Source of the DNA: an uncultured Acidobacteriota bacterium
Lineage (GTDB): Bacteria > Actinomycetota > Acidimicrobiia > Spongiisociales > ZC4RG35
Length of the DNA: 64,000 nucleotides
Assembly: GCA_963828465.1 (NCBI GenBank)
Contig: CAWHEU010000022.1
Span: forward strand, 320,001-384,000
Direction of reading: 5' to 3'
This document shows, piece by piece, positions 34,335 through 44,785 of this stretch (the first letter of the stretch is position 1; each line of letters opens with the position of its first letter). The notes under the pieces were generated by a model, which was given only the letters and a program-made list of their open reading frames with translations, was not told where the DNA came from and did no database searches. The position numbers and the translations under genes were made by a program.

Positions 34335-35597
34335 ATGGCACGACTCGGTGACGGCGGTGAGCTGCTCAAGTGCAGCTTCTGCGGCAAGTCTCAGAAGCAA
34401 GTCAAGAAACTGATCGCCGGGCCCGGCGTTTACATCTGCGACGAGTGCATCGATCTCTGCAACGAGATCATCGAAGAAGAGTTCTCCGCCACCGAGGAGA
34501 TCACCTTCACCGAGCTGCCCAAGCCGGTCGAGATCAACTCGTATCTCGACGACTACGTGGTCGGCCAGGAAGACGCCAAGAAGAAGCTCTCCGTCGCCGT
34601 CTACAACCACTACAAGCGGATCCGGGGCGGCGACGTCCAGCGCGATGTCGAGCTGCAGAAATCGAACATCCTCCTCATCGGCCCCACCGGGTCGGGTAAG
34701 ACCCTTCTCGCCCAAACTCTCGCCCGCCAGCTCAATGTCCCCTTCGCCATCGCCGACGCCACGAGCCTCACCGAGGCGGGGTACGTCGGGGAGGACGTGG
34801 AGAACATCCTCCTCAAGTTGCTCCAGGCCGCCGACTACGACGTCAACCGGGCCCAACAGGGGATCATCTACATCGACGAGATCGACAAGGTCTCTCGCAA
34901 GGCCGAGAACCCGTCCATCACCAGGGACGTCTCGGGAGAAGGGGTGCAGCAAGCTCTCCTCAAGATCCTGGAGGGCACGGTGGCTTCGGTCCCGCCTCAG
35001 GGTGGGCGCAAGCACCCCCATCAGGAATTCATCCAGCTCGACACGACCAACATCCTCTTCATCTGTGCGGGAGCTTTCGGCGGCCTCGAGGACATCATCG
35101 CCAACCGAGTGGGACGGCGGGGTGTCGGCTTCGGTGCCGAGGTCCGCGGCAAAGCCGACGGGCGGCCATCCGACTTGCTCAACCAGGTCATGCCTGAGGA
35201 CCTGATGAAGTACGGGCTGATCCCCGAGTTCATCGGGCGTCTACCGGTGATGGCGACCGTGGAGGATCTCGACATGGACGCCCTGATCCGAATCCTGACC
35301 GAGCCGAAGAACGCCCTGATTCGTCAGTACGCCCGCATGTTCGAAATGGACGAAGTCGAGCTCGTCTTCACGCCCGACTCGCTCGATGCCATCGCCGCCC
35401 AGGCCATCAAGCGGGGGACCGGGGCCCGCGGCCTCCGGGCGATTCTCGAGGAAGTCCTTCTCAACACGATGTATGACCTGCCTTCCCGCACGGATGTGGA
35501 GAGAGTCGTCATCGACCGCGACGTGGTCGCAGAGAAGGTCAACCCCACTCTGGTGCCGGCGCGCGTCGAGGACGGTCCAGCCGAAAAATCGGCCTGA
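34335..35597 (+). CDS. clpX: ATP-dependent Clp protease ATP-binding subunit
   Basis: CSFCGK zinc finger, [31 protein letters not shown]. Confidence 0.98.
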   Translation: MARLGDGGELLKCSFCGKSQKQVKKLIAGPGVYICDECIDLCNEIIEEEFSATEEITFTELPKPVEINSYLDDYVVGQEDAKKKLSVAVYNHYKRIRGGDVQRDVELQKSNILLIGPTGSGKTLLAQTLARQLNVPFAIADATSLTEAGYVGEDVENILLKLLQAADYDVNRAQQGIIYIDEIDKVSRKAENPSITRDVSGEGVQQALLKILEGTVASVPPQGGRKHPHQEFIQLDTTNILFICAGAFGGLEDIIANRVGRRGVGFGAEVRGKADGRPSDLLNQVMPEDLMKYGLIPEFIGRLPVMATVEDLDMDALIRILTEPKNALIRQYARMFEMDEVELVFTPDSLDAIAAQAIKRGTGARGLRAILEEVLLNTMYDLPSRTDVERVVIDRDVVAEKVNPTLVPARVEDGPAEKSA

Positions 35598-35711
35598 TCG
35601 CTCGACCGCGACCACGGACTAGCGCACTCGGAGAAGTTCGTGTCAATGACACGGGCAGGTAACCCGCGCCCGTTAGGGTGTCGGCGACCGACCTCGGGCG
35701 GGCGGTCATAA

Positions 35712-35795
35712 GGGGAAAAAGGGAGGCCTTGATCCCGCGACCTGTATGCGGTCACCTGGGTCGTGGGGTAGCCAATGGTGAGACCGGCTCGTCCC
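35712..35795 (+). ncRNA. Candidate c-di-GMP-II-class riboswitch
   Basis: GGGAG-GCCTTGA; P3 TCCCGCGACCTG/TGGGTCGTGGGG; pseudoknot GGTCAC/GTGA(GA)CC; kink-turn-like TGA..TAG; 3' GAGACCGGC. Matches class-II architecture by eye. Confidence 0.75.
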
Positions 35796-35820
35796 AACGC
35801 GCAATGAAGGGATGGGATTC

Positions 35821-37285
35821 ATGCGGGTTAGCGTGCGACGGGTTCGCTTCGTCGTCGCAATGATGATGGCTCTGATGCTGGTTTCGTCGTTGTCGATCGT
35901 TCTCTCTGGAACGGCCTCAGCGACCACCGGGCAGCAAATAGACGGCGATCACCAAGGCGAGGACTGTACCGAGCTCGATGTCCAGGGCGCTGGAACGGAT
36001 CAAGAGGAATGTGAGCCTCGAGGAGTGTGATGATCTTGCCGTTCAGAGCTTTGGCGGTGGCGATCACGAGGATTGTGAGCCTGCCGAGGAGTGTCCGGAT
36101 CTAGCGGTTCAGAGCTTTGGTGGGGGTGATCACGAGGATTGTGAGCCTGCCGAGGAGTGTCCGGAGCTCACCACGCAGAGTCGTGGCGGTGGCGATGATC
36201 CCAAGGATTGTGAGCCTGCCGAGGAGTGCCCCGACCTAGCGGTTCAGAGCTTTGGTGGGGGCGGTCACGAGGATTGTGAGTCCCCTGAGGAGTGTCCGGA
36301 GCTCACCACGCAGAGTCGTGGCGGTGGCGGTCACGAGGATTGTGAGTCCCCTGAGGAGTGTCCGGAGCTCACCACGCAGAGTCGTGGCGGTGGCGATGAT
36401 CCCAAGGATTGTGAGCTCCCCGAGGAGTGCCCGGAGTTAGCCGTTCAGACTGGTGGGGATCACGGTGATGATGAGGATTGTGATTCCGAGGAGTGTCCGG
36501 AGTTAGCCGTTCAGACTGGTGGGGATCACGGTGATGATGAGGATTGTGATTCTGAGGAGTGTCCGGAGTTAGCCGTTCAGACCGGTGGGGATCACGGTGA
36601 TGATGAGGATTGTGATTCCGAGGAATGTCCGGACCTAGCCGTTCAGACTGGTGGCAGTGATCACGGTGATGACGACGATGATTGTTCAGGCACCACCACT
36701 ACGACTTCGACCACCATGCCCACGGTCGCTCCACCAACCCTCCCCGAAGAGCTCGATCTGGCGGCGGTCGGAGCGGAGTGCTTCAGCGACATCCCGTATC
36801 TGAGCTACACGATCGACTACCCGGCAGGGGAGTCGGCGACTATCACCTTCATCAATCCCGCTGGCGCCGACGTCGTCTACGAGGACGTGCCGCTGAGCGG
36901 AGCCGTGCTGTGGCCGGGGGCGAGCGAAACCCCTCCCGACTGGCCCGGCTGGATTCTCCAGGATGGAGTGTGGGTGGCGGCCGATGACGGGTTCCTCTGG
37001 GCGCGAGGAGAAATCGACGTTCTCTTCGAGGTGAACCCGAGCACGGTGCTCACGGTTTCGTATCCACAGTCAGGGGAAGCATGCGCCGATCCGGAGAACA
37101 TCCCGGACGAAGTCGAAGGAACGGTGGTCACGCCACCCACGACGCCGGACCAGGTCGATGGTGTGGACGTGCTTCCGTTCACCGGTGTCCACGGGGGTGC
37201 GCTGGCAGCGGTTGCTTTTGCCGCTCTGGCTCTGGGTGGCCTGATGCTGCTCAGCGTTAGGAGGGGTGAGGCCGAGGACGGCTGA
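35821..37285 (+). CDS. Secreted LPXTG-anchored surface protein with acidic two-Cys tandem repeats (apparent +1 frameshift near 36016)
   Basis: Signal peptide (MRVSVRRVRFVVAMMMALMLV...ASA), repeats, Thr-rich linker, Trp-rich domain (LSGAVLWPGA...WPGW), LPFTG plus TM helix plus RR. Confidence 0.8.
35958..36690 (+). repeat. About 11 tandem ~66-bp coding repeats (EECP[ED]L..Q..GG..[HD]EDC[ED]..)
   Basis: Recurrent GAGGAGTGTCCGGA...GAGGATTGTGA units in three subtypes. Confidence 0.9.
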
Positions 37286-37306
37286 ACCCGACCGTAAGTC
37301 GATGAC

Positions 37307-37338
37307 AAAGCCCCGGGATTAACCTCCCGGGGCTTTTT
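37307..37338 (+). terminator. Intrinsic terminator, possibly bidirectional
   Basis: AAAGCCCCGGGA-TTAACC-TCCCGGGGCTTTTT. Confidence 0.85.
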
Positions 37339-37339
37339 C

Positions 37340-38623
37340 ATGAACTATCCCGACGCCCTTGCCTATCTAGATGGGCACATCACACACGGCATCAAGCCAG
37401 GCTTGGAGCGCATCAATCGGCTGCTCGACGACATGGGCCGGCCCGACGAGGGATACCCGATAATTCATGTGGCGGGGACCAACGGAAAGACATCCACGTC
37501 AAGGTTTGCCACCTTGCTCTTGGTCGCCCACGGCCTGAGCACCGGCACCTATACCTCACCCCACCTCCAGAACGTGGAAGAGCGGCTTGCGATCAACGGT
37601 CGGATGGCGACCGAGGAGGAGTTTGCCGTCGCCGTCTCCGACGTGGCCGCCTTTGCCGAACTGCGGGCCAAGGCCGGCGAAGAGCCCAACACGTACTTCG
37701 AGCTCACCACGGCTGCCGCCTTCGCTTTCTTCGCCGATCAGGCAGTCAACGCCGCAGTGCTCGAAGTGGGCCTGGGCGGGCGTCTCGATGCAACCAACGT
37801 CGTGGACGCCGAGGTATGCGTCCTGACCAGCATCGGCATCGAGCACACCGAATACCTCGGCGAGGACGTGGCCACGATCGCCGGGGAGAAACTCGCAATC
37901 GCCGGGGCGAACGCGACCCTGGTCAGCGGACCGCTGCCAGACCTGGCCCTGGAAGTCGCCGATTCCCGCGCCCGTGATCTCGGCATCCATCACCGTCACT
38001 ACGGGAAGGACTTCTCCGTGCTCGACGCCGAGCGTGGAGTCAGGGGCTGGCTGGTGACAATCGGAGGCGCGGAGGACACATACGAGGACCTGTTCCTTCC
38101 CCTTCACGGAAGGTATCAACTGGTGAACCTGGCGAACGCTGTGGCTGCCACCGAGGCACTGCTGGGACGGAAGCTCGACGAAGAGGCGGTTCGAGATGCG
38201 TTGTCGGTCGCCACGGCGCCGGGTCGGATGGAGATGCTGGGCACCCATCCTCTGGTGATGGTCGATGGAGCCCACAACGCGGACGGCGTCGACGCCCTCG
38301 CCGAATCGCTCGACGAGGAGTACCCGACGACTCGATGGCAACTGGTGCTGGGCGTCATGGGCGACAAGAACGTGGAGGCAATGGTCGAAAGCCTCGAACC
38401 GATGCTGGCCGGGATAATCGCCACGGCGCCCAAGGCGGAGCGGGCGGTCCCACCGTCAGTGCTCGCGGAGAGGATCAGGACCCTGACCGACGTGGCCGTG
38501 ATCGAGGCCGAGGACGCGGAGATCGCCCTCGACATGGCTCGCGCAGAAGCCGGGCCTGAAGGGGCGGTTCTCGTAGCCGGCTCGCTCTACTTGGTGGGCG
38601 AGGCCCGGGCGCTGTTGATCTGA
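37340..38623 (+). CDS. folC: Folylpolyglutamate synthase/dihydrofolate synthase
   Basis: HVAGTNGKTS, YTSPHL, EVGLGGRLDATN, DGAHN, GSLYLVG. Confidence 0.95.
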   Translation: MNYPDALAYLDGHITHGIKPGLERINRLLDDMGRPDEGYPIIHVAGTNGKTSTSRFATLLLVAHGLSTGTYTSPHLQNVEERLAINGRMATEEEFAVAVSDVAAFAELRAKAGEEPNTYFELTTAAAFAFFADQAVNAAVLEVGLGGRLDATNVVDAEVCVLTSIGIEHTEYLGEDVATIAGEKLAIAGANATLVSGPLPDLALEVADSRARDLGIHHRHYGKDFSVLDAERGVRGWLVTIGGAEDTYEDLFLPLHGRYQLVNLANAVAATEALLGRKLDEEAVRDALSVATAPGRMEMLGTHPLVMVDGAHNADGVDALAESLDEEYPTTRWQLVLGVMGDKNVEAMVESLEPMLAGIIATAPKAERAVPPSVLAERIRTLTDVAVIEAEDAEIALDMARAEAGPEGAVLVAGSLYLVGEARALLI

Positions 38624-38656
38624 CTCCTGCCCGACCTGAAGTACGCTCCCGCCGAC

Positions 38657-39061
38657 ATGGCAATGGAAAGCACTTTCATCATGGTCAAGCCCGATGGCGT
38701 CGCACGGGGCCTGGTGGGGGAGGTCATCGCCCGATTCGAGCGAAAGGGCCTGACCCTGGAGAAGATCCGGAAACTCGATATCGACGAAGATCTGGCGCGT
38801 CGTCACTACGAGGAGCACGTTGAGAAGCCCTTCTTCCCCGAGTTGCTCGACTTCATCACCTCCGGACCGGTGGTCGCGATGGAGTGGTCGGGGGAGTCGG
38901 CGATATCGGTGTGCCGGGACCTGATGGGGGCGACGGACCCCAAGATGGCGGCTCCCGGAACCATCAGAGGAGACCTGGGCCTGATCGTCACACATAACCT
39001 CGTCCATGGCTCCGATGGGTCGGAGAGCGCGTCCCGGGAGTTGGAGCTCTTCTTCGGCTGA
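38657..39061 (+). CDS. ndk: Nucleoside diphosphate kinase
   Basis: KPDGV, HYEEH, PGTIRGD, NLVHGSD. Confidence 0.97.
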   Translation: MAMESTFIMVKPDGVARGLVGEVIARFERKGLTLEKIRKLDIDEDLARRHYEEHVEKPFFPELLDFITSGPVVAMEWSGESAISVCRDLMGATDPKMAAPGTIRGDLGLIVTHNLVHGSDGSESASRELELFFG

Positions 39062-39161
39062 GATGCACTCGGGAAAGTGCCCTACCTGGTGAAACGCGCT
39101 CTGGCACAAGATCTAGTCGACACCTACACTCCCCGAGTCGTCGCGGGAGTCATCGTCAGCC

Positions 39162-40193
39162 ATGGCTGAAACCCTTTTTTCATTCGCTGGCCAGGACATG
39201 GCCATCGACCTCGGAACCGCCAACACGCTGGTCTACGTGCGGGGCGGTGGCATCGTCCTAAACGAGCCCTCGGTGGTCGCCATCAACTCCCAGAATGGCC
39301 GCGCTCTGGCCGTCGGCATGGAGGCGAAGAGGATGATCGGGCGCACTCCAGCCCACATCACAGCCATCAGACCGCTCCGGGATGGGGTCATTGCCGACTT
39401 CGACGTGACCGAGAAGATGCTCCGCTACTTCATCCAGAAGGTCCACCGCAGGAAGTGGGCCCGCCCCAGGATCGTGGTCTGCGTGCCGTCCGGGATCACG
39501 CCGGTGGAGCGAAGGGCTGTCGAGGAGGCGGCTTATCACGCCGGCGCACGGAGGGCATACACCATCGAAGAGCCAATGGCCGCTGCCATCGGGTCAGGGC
39601 TTCCCATCGCCGAGCCGGCTGGGTCGATGGTCGTGGACATCGGCGGCGGCACGACCGAGGTGGCGGTCATCTCTCTCGGTGGCATCGTCGTCTCCCGCTC
39701 GATCAGGGTCGGCGGCGACGAACTGGACACAGCAATCATCGACTGGGTCAAAAAGGAGTACAACGTCCTCATTGGGGAGCGAACGGCGGAGCAGCTCAAG
39801 CTCGCGGTCGGATCGGCATGGCCATACGCAGATGAGCCGTCTGCCGAGGTGCGCGGGCGTGACTTGGTCACCGGTCTGCCCAAGACGATCCTTCTCTCCA
39901 GCCCCGAGATCAGGGAGGCCATCGAGGAGCCGACTCAAGCGGTCGTCGATGCCGTGAAATTCACACTCGACAAGACGCCGCCAGAGCTGGCGGCCGACAT
40001 CGTCGAGCGTGGGATCGTGCTCACCGGGGGAGGAGCGCTGCTGGTTGGGCTGGACCATCGTCTGGCCCATGAGACGGGGATGCCCATCGTCACCGCGGCC
40101 AATCCGCTGCAGTCGGTGGTGCTCGGCTCGGGGAAGTGTCTGGAGGAGTTCGACACATTGCAAGAGGTGCTCGTGTCGTCCTCCCGGCCATGA
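39162..40193 (+). CDS. mreB: Rod shape-determining protein MreB
   Basis: [33 protein letters not shown]. Confidence 0.97.
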   Translation: MAETLFSFAGQDMAIDLGTANTLVYVRGGGIVLNEPSVVAINSQNGRALAVGMEAKRMIGRTPAHITAIRPLRDGVIADFDVTEKMLRYFIQKVHRRKWARPRIVVCVPSGITPVERRAVEEAAYHAGARRAYTIEEPMAAAIGSGLPIAEPAGSMVVDIGGGTTEVAVISLGGIVVSRSIRVGGDELDTAIIDWVKKEYNVLIGERTAEQLKLAVGSAWPYADEPSAEVRGRDLVTGLPKTILLSSPEIREAIEEPTQAVVDAVKFTLDKTPPELAADIVERGIVLTGGGALLVGLDHRLAHETGMPIVTAANPLQSVVLGSGKCLEEFDTLQEVLVSSSRP

Positions 40194-40215
40194 CTTCCTC
40201 GACCCGTCTTGACTC

Positions 40216-41142
40216 ATGCTGACTTCGAAGCCATCCGACCGAGCCCTACCCACCTTCATCAGCCTCCTGGTGATCGGTGTGCTCCTCATGACTTTCGACG
40301 TCCGGTTGGAGGGTGGGGGAGTGGTGGGCGTTTTGCGGAGCGGGACACAGGCCATCGTGTCGCCGATGCAGCGCATCGCCGCTTTCGCGGTCACACCCAT
40401 CGCCAATGCCCTCGACAGCCTTTCCAATGTCGCTTCGCTCAGAGAGCAGAACGCCGCCCTTTCGGCCCAGCTGGCCGAATCGCAGGCCTCGCTCGTCGCC
40501 GTCCAGGACGACCTTGCGAAGCTCGATCTACTCGAACAGATCTACGACCTGGAAACCGATGGAGCGGAGTTGGGTCAGACCGTTGCCAACGTCATTGGGT
40601 CGGTTGACGCGGCCCTCATCATCGACAAGGGCATCAGCGACGGCGTGCTGATCGGCCAACCGGTGATAGACACCAATGGATACGTGATTGGAACCGTCAA
40701 GAGCGCGAGTTCCGGGAGCGCGACAGTCCTCCCCATCACGGCGAGCCGAGATGGTCTGACCGTGCTTGTCGGCTCGCAGACCGGGACGCTGGTCACGAGG
40801 CCTTTCTCGTCGGATCTGGGGCTGGAGATGGATCTCGACGTCTTCGATGCCCGTGAGCCAGTGCTGGCAGGTGATCGGGTCCTCACGTCGGCGGCGAGCA
40901 CCGACTACCCGGCAGGTCTCCCCGTCGGTGAGGTGATCGAAGATGCCTCGCCCGAGTCCACCTCGCTCACGACGAGTGTGCGGCCGTTCGTGGATCCCGA
41001 GGCCCTTCGATTCGTCGTCGTACTGGCATGGCCCCCTGATCCCGTGTCGGCTGCCACCGACGACACCATTCCCGAGACCACCGAAACGACCATCGCCGAA
41101 GACGCGACCACCACCACTACCACCCCCGAGGACGATGGTTGA
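40216..41142 (+). CDS. mreC: Rod shape-determining protein MreC
   Basis: TM helix, coiled coil, IDKG..DGV, YPAGLPVGEV; synteny. Confidence 0.9.
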   Translation: MLTSKPSDRALPTFISLLVIGVLLMTFDVRLEGGGVVGVLRSGTQAIVSPMQRIAAFAVTPIANALDSLSNVASLREQNAALSAQLAESQASLVAVQDDLAKLDLLEQIYDLETDGAELGQTVANVIGSVDAALIIDKGISDGVLIGQPVIDTNGYVIGTVKSASSGSATVLPITASRDGLTVLVGSQTGTLVTRPFSSDLGLEMDLDVFDAREPVLAGDRVLTSAASTDYPAGLPVGEVIEDASPESTSLTTSVRPFVDPEALRFVVVLAWPPDPVSAATDDTIPETTETTIAEDATTTTTTPEDDG

Positions 41143-41645
41143 TGAGAGGCCGCACCGCGCTGGTAATCGGCCTAACGGTCGTGATCGCCGTCGTGATCCA
41201 GACCACTCTGTTCGGGAGGTTGAGGGTCGTTACTCCCGACCTGGTGATGTTGATCGGGATCCTGCTCGCCTTGACGAGGGTGCGGACGGAGGCCGTTCTT
41301 GGGGTCGCATTCCTGTCCGGACTCATCATGGATCTGCTGGGAGCATCGCTCATCGGTCTTCGAGCGGTCGTGTACACCACCGTGGCCTTCATCGCTATCC
41401 GGACGAAGGAACGAGCAGAGCTGGGGCGGGTGACGATCGCCTTGTGGGCCGGGTTGCTCACCCTGATCGGAGTCGTCCTCATCCTCCTCATTGGGACACT
41501 GTTCGGGCAGGCGGCCCTGCTCGGAGAGGGTGCGGTTAGCGTCATGATCCTCGTCCCACTCGCCAATGTGGCCGTTGCCGCCCTTCTGGCACCAACCTTC
41601 GTACGATTGGTCGACCGCGACCGGACCGTCCTTCGATACCCATGA
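41142..41645 (+). CDS. mreD: Rod shape-determining protein MreD
   Basis: Hydrophobic; PDLVML, GLIMDLL; lies between mreC and mrdA. Confidence 0.88.
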   Translation: MRGRTALVIGLTVVIAVVIQTTLFGRLRVVTPDLVMLIGILLALTRVRTEAVLGVAFLSGLIMDLLGASLIGLRAVVYTTVAFIAIRTKERAELGRVTIALWAGLLTLIGVVLILLIGTLFGQAALLGEGAVSVMILVPLANVAVAALLAPTFVRLVDRDRTVLRYP

Positions 41646-43603
41646 AGTTCGCGCTGAGACTCACGACGCTGGGGATCATCTTCACCGCGATGTTTTCGGT
41701 GGTCGGGCTCAGGCTGTGGTTCATCCAGGTGGCCGAGGGGCCTCAGATCGCTCGAGCTGCTGAAGAGTCGACCTGGGTGGGCAAGACGACGTACGCGCCA
41801 CGTGGCGACATCTATGACCGAAACGGGACGCTCCTTGCCACGAGCCGAATGGTGCCGGCAATCATGATCGACCGGACGTTCGTCCAGCCCGAGCAGAAAG
41901 AGACCCTGATCCAGGAACTGGCTTCCATCGTCGGGGTCGACCCGGTCGAACTCGACGCCATGTACGAGGAGGCCGGGATCAACGGCCGCTTCCAGGTGAG
42001 CACGGTCGCGAACGAAACCGCATATGCGATCAACGAGTCGCTCGACGAGCTCCCCGGGGTCGAGGTGGTCAAGGTCCCGGAACGGGTCTACCTCTCCGGG
42101 GACACAATGGCGCATGTCATCGGTCACCTCGGTCTACCGGAGGAAGCCGATCTCACCGAGCGCCCAGAACTCGATCGAGACGTCCGCATCGGCAAGCTCG
42201 GGGTGGAGCGGGTGTACGACGAAGTGCTGCAGGGCACCGGAGGCTCAGTCGAGTACCGGGTGAGGAGGAGCGAGATCATCGAGCAGCGCCCACCGGTCGA
42301 CCCGGTCACGGGCAGCTCGATCGTGCTCAATCTCGACTTCGCCCTGCAGGAGCAGGTCGAGCTCGCCCTCGAGAATGGGGTGGCTCTGTCCAACGAGGTC
42401 AAGGAAGAGGAGAAAGCCGACGGGGAAGAGGTGTTCAACGAAACCCAGCGAGCCGCGGCTGTGGTGCTCGATGTCGACAACTTCGATGTTCTCGCCCTCG
42501 CCTCGTACCCCGACTTCGATCCGAGCAACTTCGTTGCCGGCATCGATGAGACCACGTTCCAAGAGCTCAACGAGACCCAGGCTTTCAACAATCTCGCGGT
42601 GAGTGGGCTCTATCCGCCGGCGTCGACCTTCAAGGCGATCACCTACACCGCCAAGCTCGAGGAGAACCTGCCCTTCCCGAGTGACGTGGAAGGAGTCGAT
42701 GGCGACCTGATCCATTGTGACGGGACTTTGGTCCTCGACCAGCTCGCCGATGGCTCGGCACAGGAAAAACACGACTGGTACGACCCCCGCAACCTGGGCT
42801 GGCTCGACATCCACGGAGCACTGTCGAACTCCTGCAATATCTATTTCTGGAACGTTGCCTTGGGGACCTACACCAACTACCCCCAGGGGTCGGCCAAAGA
42901 GAACATCCTGCAGGAATGGGCCACCCGCGTGGGATATGGGCACGAGACCGGGATCGACCTGACCAGCGAGGCGCCCGGCATCATCCCGACCCGGCAGCTC
43001 TTCGAGGAGTGGAAGGAATATCAGCTCGAGAACCCCGATGAGCCGCCTCGGCTCGAGCCGGCCCGCCTCGAACTGGCATCACCATGGCTCGGTGGAGACC
43101 TCATGGACTTCGCCATCGGCCAGGGCGCCTTCACGGCCACCCCGCTTCAGGTCGCGTCCTCGTTTGCGGTGCTGGTCAATGGCGGGAAGGTGATGGAACC
43201 CCGCGTGGTGAGGGAGACGATCGACAGCGAGGGAAATGTCACCCAGGTCGAGCGCCCTGCTCCGGTGATGGTGGACATCGACCCGGCAACGCGGGCTTCC
43301 CTGCTGGAAGATCTCGGCAGCGTCGTAAACGGGGGAACAGCGGCGGCCGCCTTCGCCGACTTCGGTGAAGGGGTGGAGAACGTCGGAGGGAAGACCGGGA
43401 CCGCCCAGGTGTCGGCGACCCGGGACAACCACGCCTGGTTCGTTGGGGTCGCCCCTCTCGACAACCCCAAATACGTTGTGGCGATCCTCATCGACGAGGG
43501 CGGGTCCGGAGGGCAGGTGGCGGCGCCGGTGGCCCGGAACATCATGCAGTATCTGACTGGCAACGAGCAGACCCCCATCGTCGAGGGCGAGGAGGCCGAC
43601 TGA
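41642..43603 (+). CDS. mrdA: Penicillin-binding protein 2
   Basis: APRGDIYDRNG, STFK (SxxK), SCN (SxN), KTGTAQ. Confidence 0.93.
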   Translation: MKFALRLTTLGIIFTAMFSVVGLRLWFIQVAEGPQIARAAEESTWVGKTTYAPRGDIYDRNGTLLATSRMVPAIMIDRTFVQPEQKETLIQELASIVGVDPVELDAMYEEAGINGRFQVSTVANETAYAINESLDELPGVEVVKVPERVYLSGDTMAHVIGHLGLPEEADLTERPELDRDVRIGKLGVERVYDEVLQGTGGSVEYRVRRSEIIEQRPPVDPVTGSSIVLNLDFALQEQVELALENGVALSNEVKEEEKADGEEVFNETQRAAAVVLDVDNFDVLALASYPDFDPSNFVAGIDETTFQELNETQAFNNLAVSGLYPPASTFKAITYTAKLEENLPFPSDVEGVDGDLIHCDGTLVLDQLADGSAQEKHDWYDPRNLGWLDIHGALSNSCNIYFWNVALGTYTNYPQGSAKENILQEWATRVGYGHETGIDLTSEAPGIIPTRQLFEEWKEYQLENPDEPPRLEPARLELASPWLGGDLMDFAIGQGAFTATPLQVASSFAVLVNGGKVMEPRVVRETIDSEGNVTQVERPAPVMVDIDPATRASLLEDLGSVVNGGTAAAAFADFGEGVENVGGKTGTAQVSATRDNHAWFVGVAPLDNPKYVVAILIDEGGSGGQVAAPVARNIMQYLTGNEQTPIVEGEEAD

Positions 43604-44757
43604 TGGCTGTCCTAACCCGTCTCCGCGAGGTAGCCGTAGACCGGGGCCGGAACAAGTCGGACCGCATTCTCTTCGGGACGATGCTCGCCCTCTCCGCCTT
43701 TGGATTGCTCATGGTCTATTCCGCAACCAGGAGCAGCGGATCGGTGGGAATGGAGCGGCAGATGATCTTCGTGGCTGCCGGACTGACCCTCTACGCGGTG
43801 ATCTCCAATATCGACTATCGGGAACTGAAGAACCTCATCCCGATCGTGTCGATCGCGGTTCTCGTTGGATTGTTCGCGGTCTACCTTTTCGAGCCGGTCA
43901 ACGGGGCCCGGCGCTGGATCGATCTCGGGTTCTTCAAGCTCCAACCGGCCGAGTTCGCCAAGGTGATCGTGATACTGCTCCTGGCCGCGATCCTCTCTCC
44001 CAGCAACCGCGAAGAGGTCGGTCAGCGCCAACTCACCTGGCCCACGGTATTTCGGGCGATCGCCATCGTCGCCCTCCCCGCGGTCCTGGTCCTCTTCGAG
44101 CCGGATCTCGGCACGACGCTCGTGTTCGGGTTCATTCTCTTCGTGATGCTGTTCGTGGCCGGAGCTACCTGGCGTCAGATGCTCGCGCTGGCAGCGACAG
44201 CAGCGCTGGGCGTGGTGGCGGTCCTCCAGTTCAAGTTGCTCGAGGAGTACCAGATGAACCGGATCCTGGTGCTTTTCCGACCCGAGATCGATCCACAGGG
44301 GATCGGCTACAACATCCTGCAGTCGAGATATGCCGTGGGCTCGGGCCAGCTGTTCGGCAAGGGTCTGTTCGCCGAAGGGACCCAGACCTCCTTCGAGTAC
44401 GTACCCGAACAAGAGACCGACTTCATCTTCACGGCGGTGGCCGAGCAACTTGGATTCGTAGGCGGCGTCCTGGTCGTCGCCGCCTTCGCCGTCATCATTT
44501 GGAGGCTCCTCGTGATCGCGGCCAACGCCAGGGATCGCTTCGGCGCCCTCATCGCGGCGGGTCTGGCCGCGATGATGGTTTTCCACGTGTTCGTGAATGT
44601 CGGGATGACGATCGGGATCATGCCGGTCACAGGCATCCCCCTGCCTTTCCTCTCTGCCGGCGGGTCCTTCTACTTGGCGATGACTCTCGCCCTCGGGATT
44701 GCCAACTCCGTTTGGCTATTGCGCACGCCCGTGCCAGGCGAGAACCAGCTCAGCTGA
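43603..44757 (+). CDS. rodA: Peptidoglycan glycosyltransferase RodA
   Basis: GARRWI, QPAEFAK, EPDLGT, PEQETDFIF, MPVTGIPLPFLSAGGS. Confidence 0.95.
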   Translation: MAVLTRLREVAVDRGRNKSDRILFGTMLALSAFGLLMVYSATRSSGSVGMERQMIFVAAGLTLYAVISNIDYRELKNLIPIVSIAVLVGLFAVYLFEPVNGARRWIDLGFFKLQPAEFAKVIVILLLAAILSPSNREEVGQRQLTWPTVFRAIAIVALPAVLVLFEPDLGTTLVFGFILFVMLFVAGATWRQMLALAATAALGVVAVLQFKLLEEYQMNRILVLFRPEIDPQGIGYNILQSRYAVGSGQLFGKGLFAEGTQTSFEYVPEQETDFIFTAVAEQLGFVGGVLVVAAFAVIIWRLLVIAANARDRFGALIAAGLAAMMVFHVFVNVGMTIGIMPVTGIPLPFLSAGGSFYLAMTLALGIANSVWLLRTPVPGENQLS

Positions 44758-44785
44758 ATCCCGTTCACGTCTACCCTGCCGCCCG

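Noticed and set aside
35958-36690. 66-bp repeat array as a CRISPR array or multi-core RiPP precursor
   Set aside because: Units keep the reading frame, have no unique spacers, and have no cas or modification genes nearby; they lie inside a signal-peptide/LPXTG protein.
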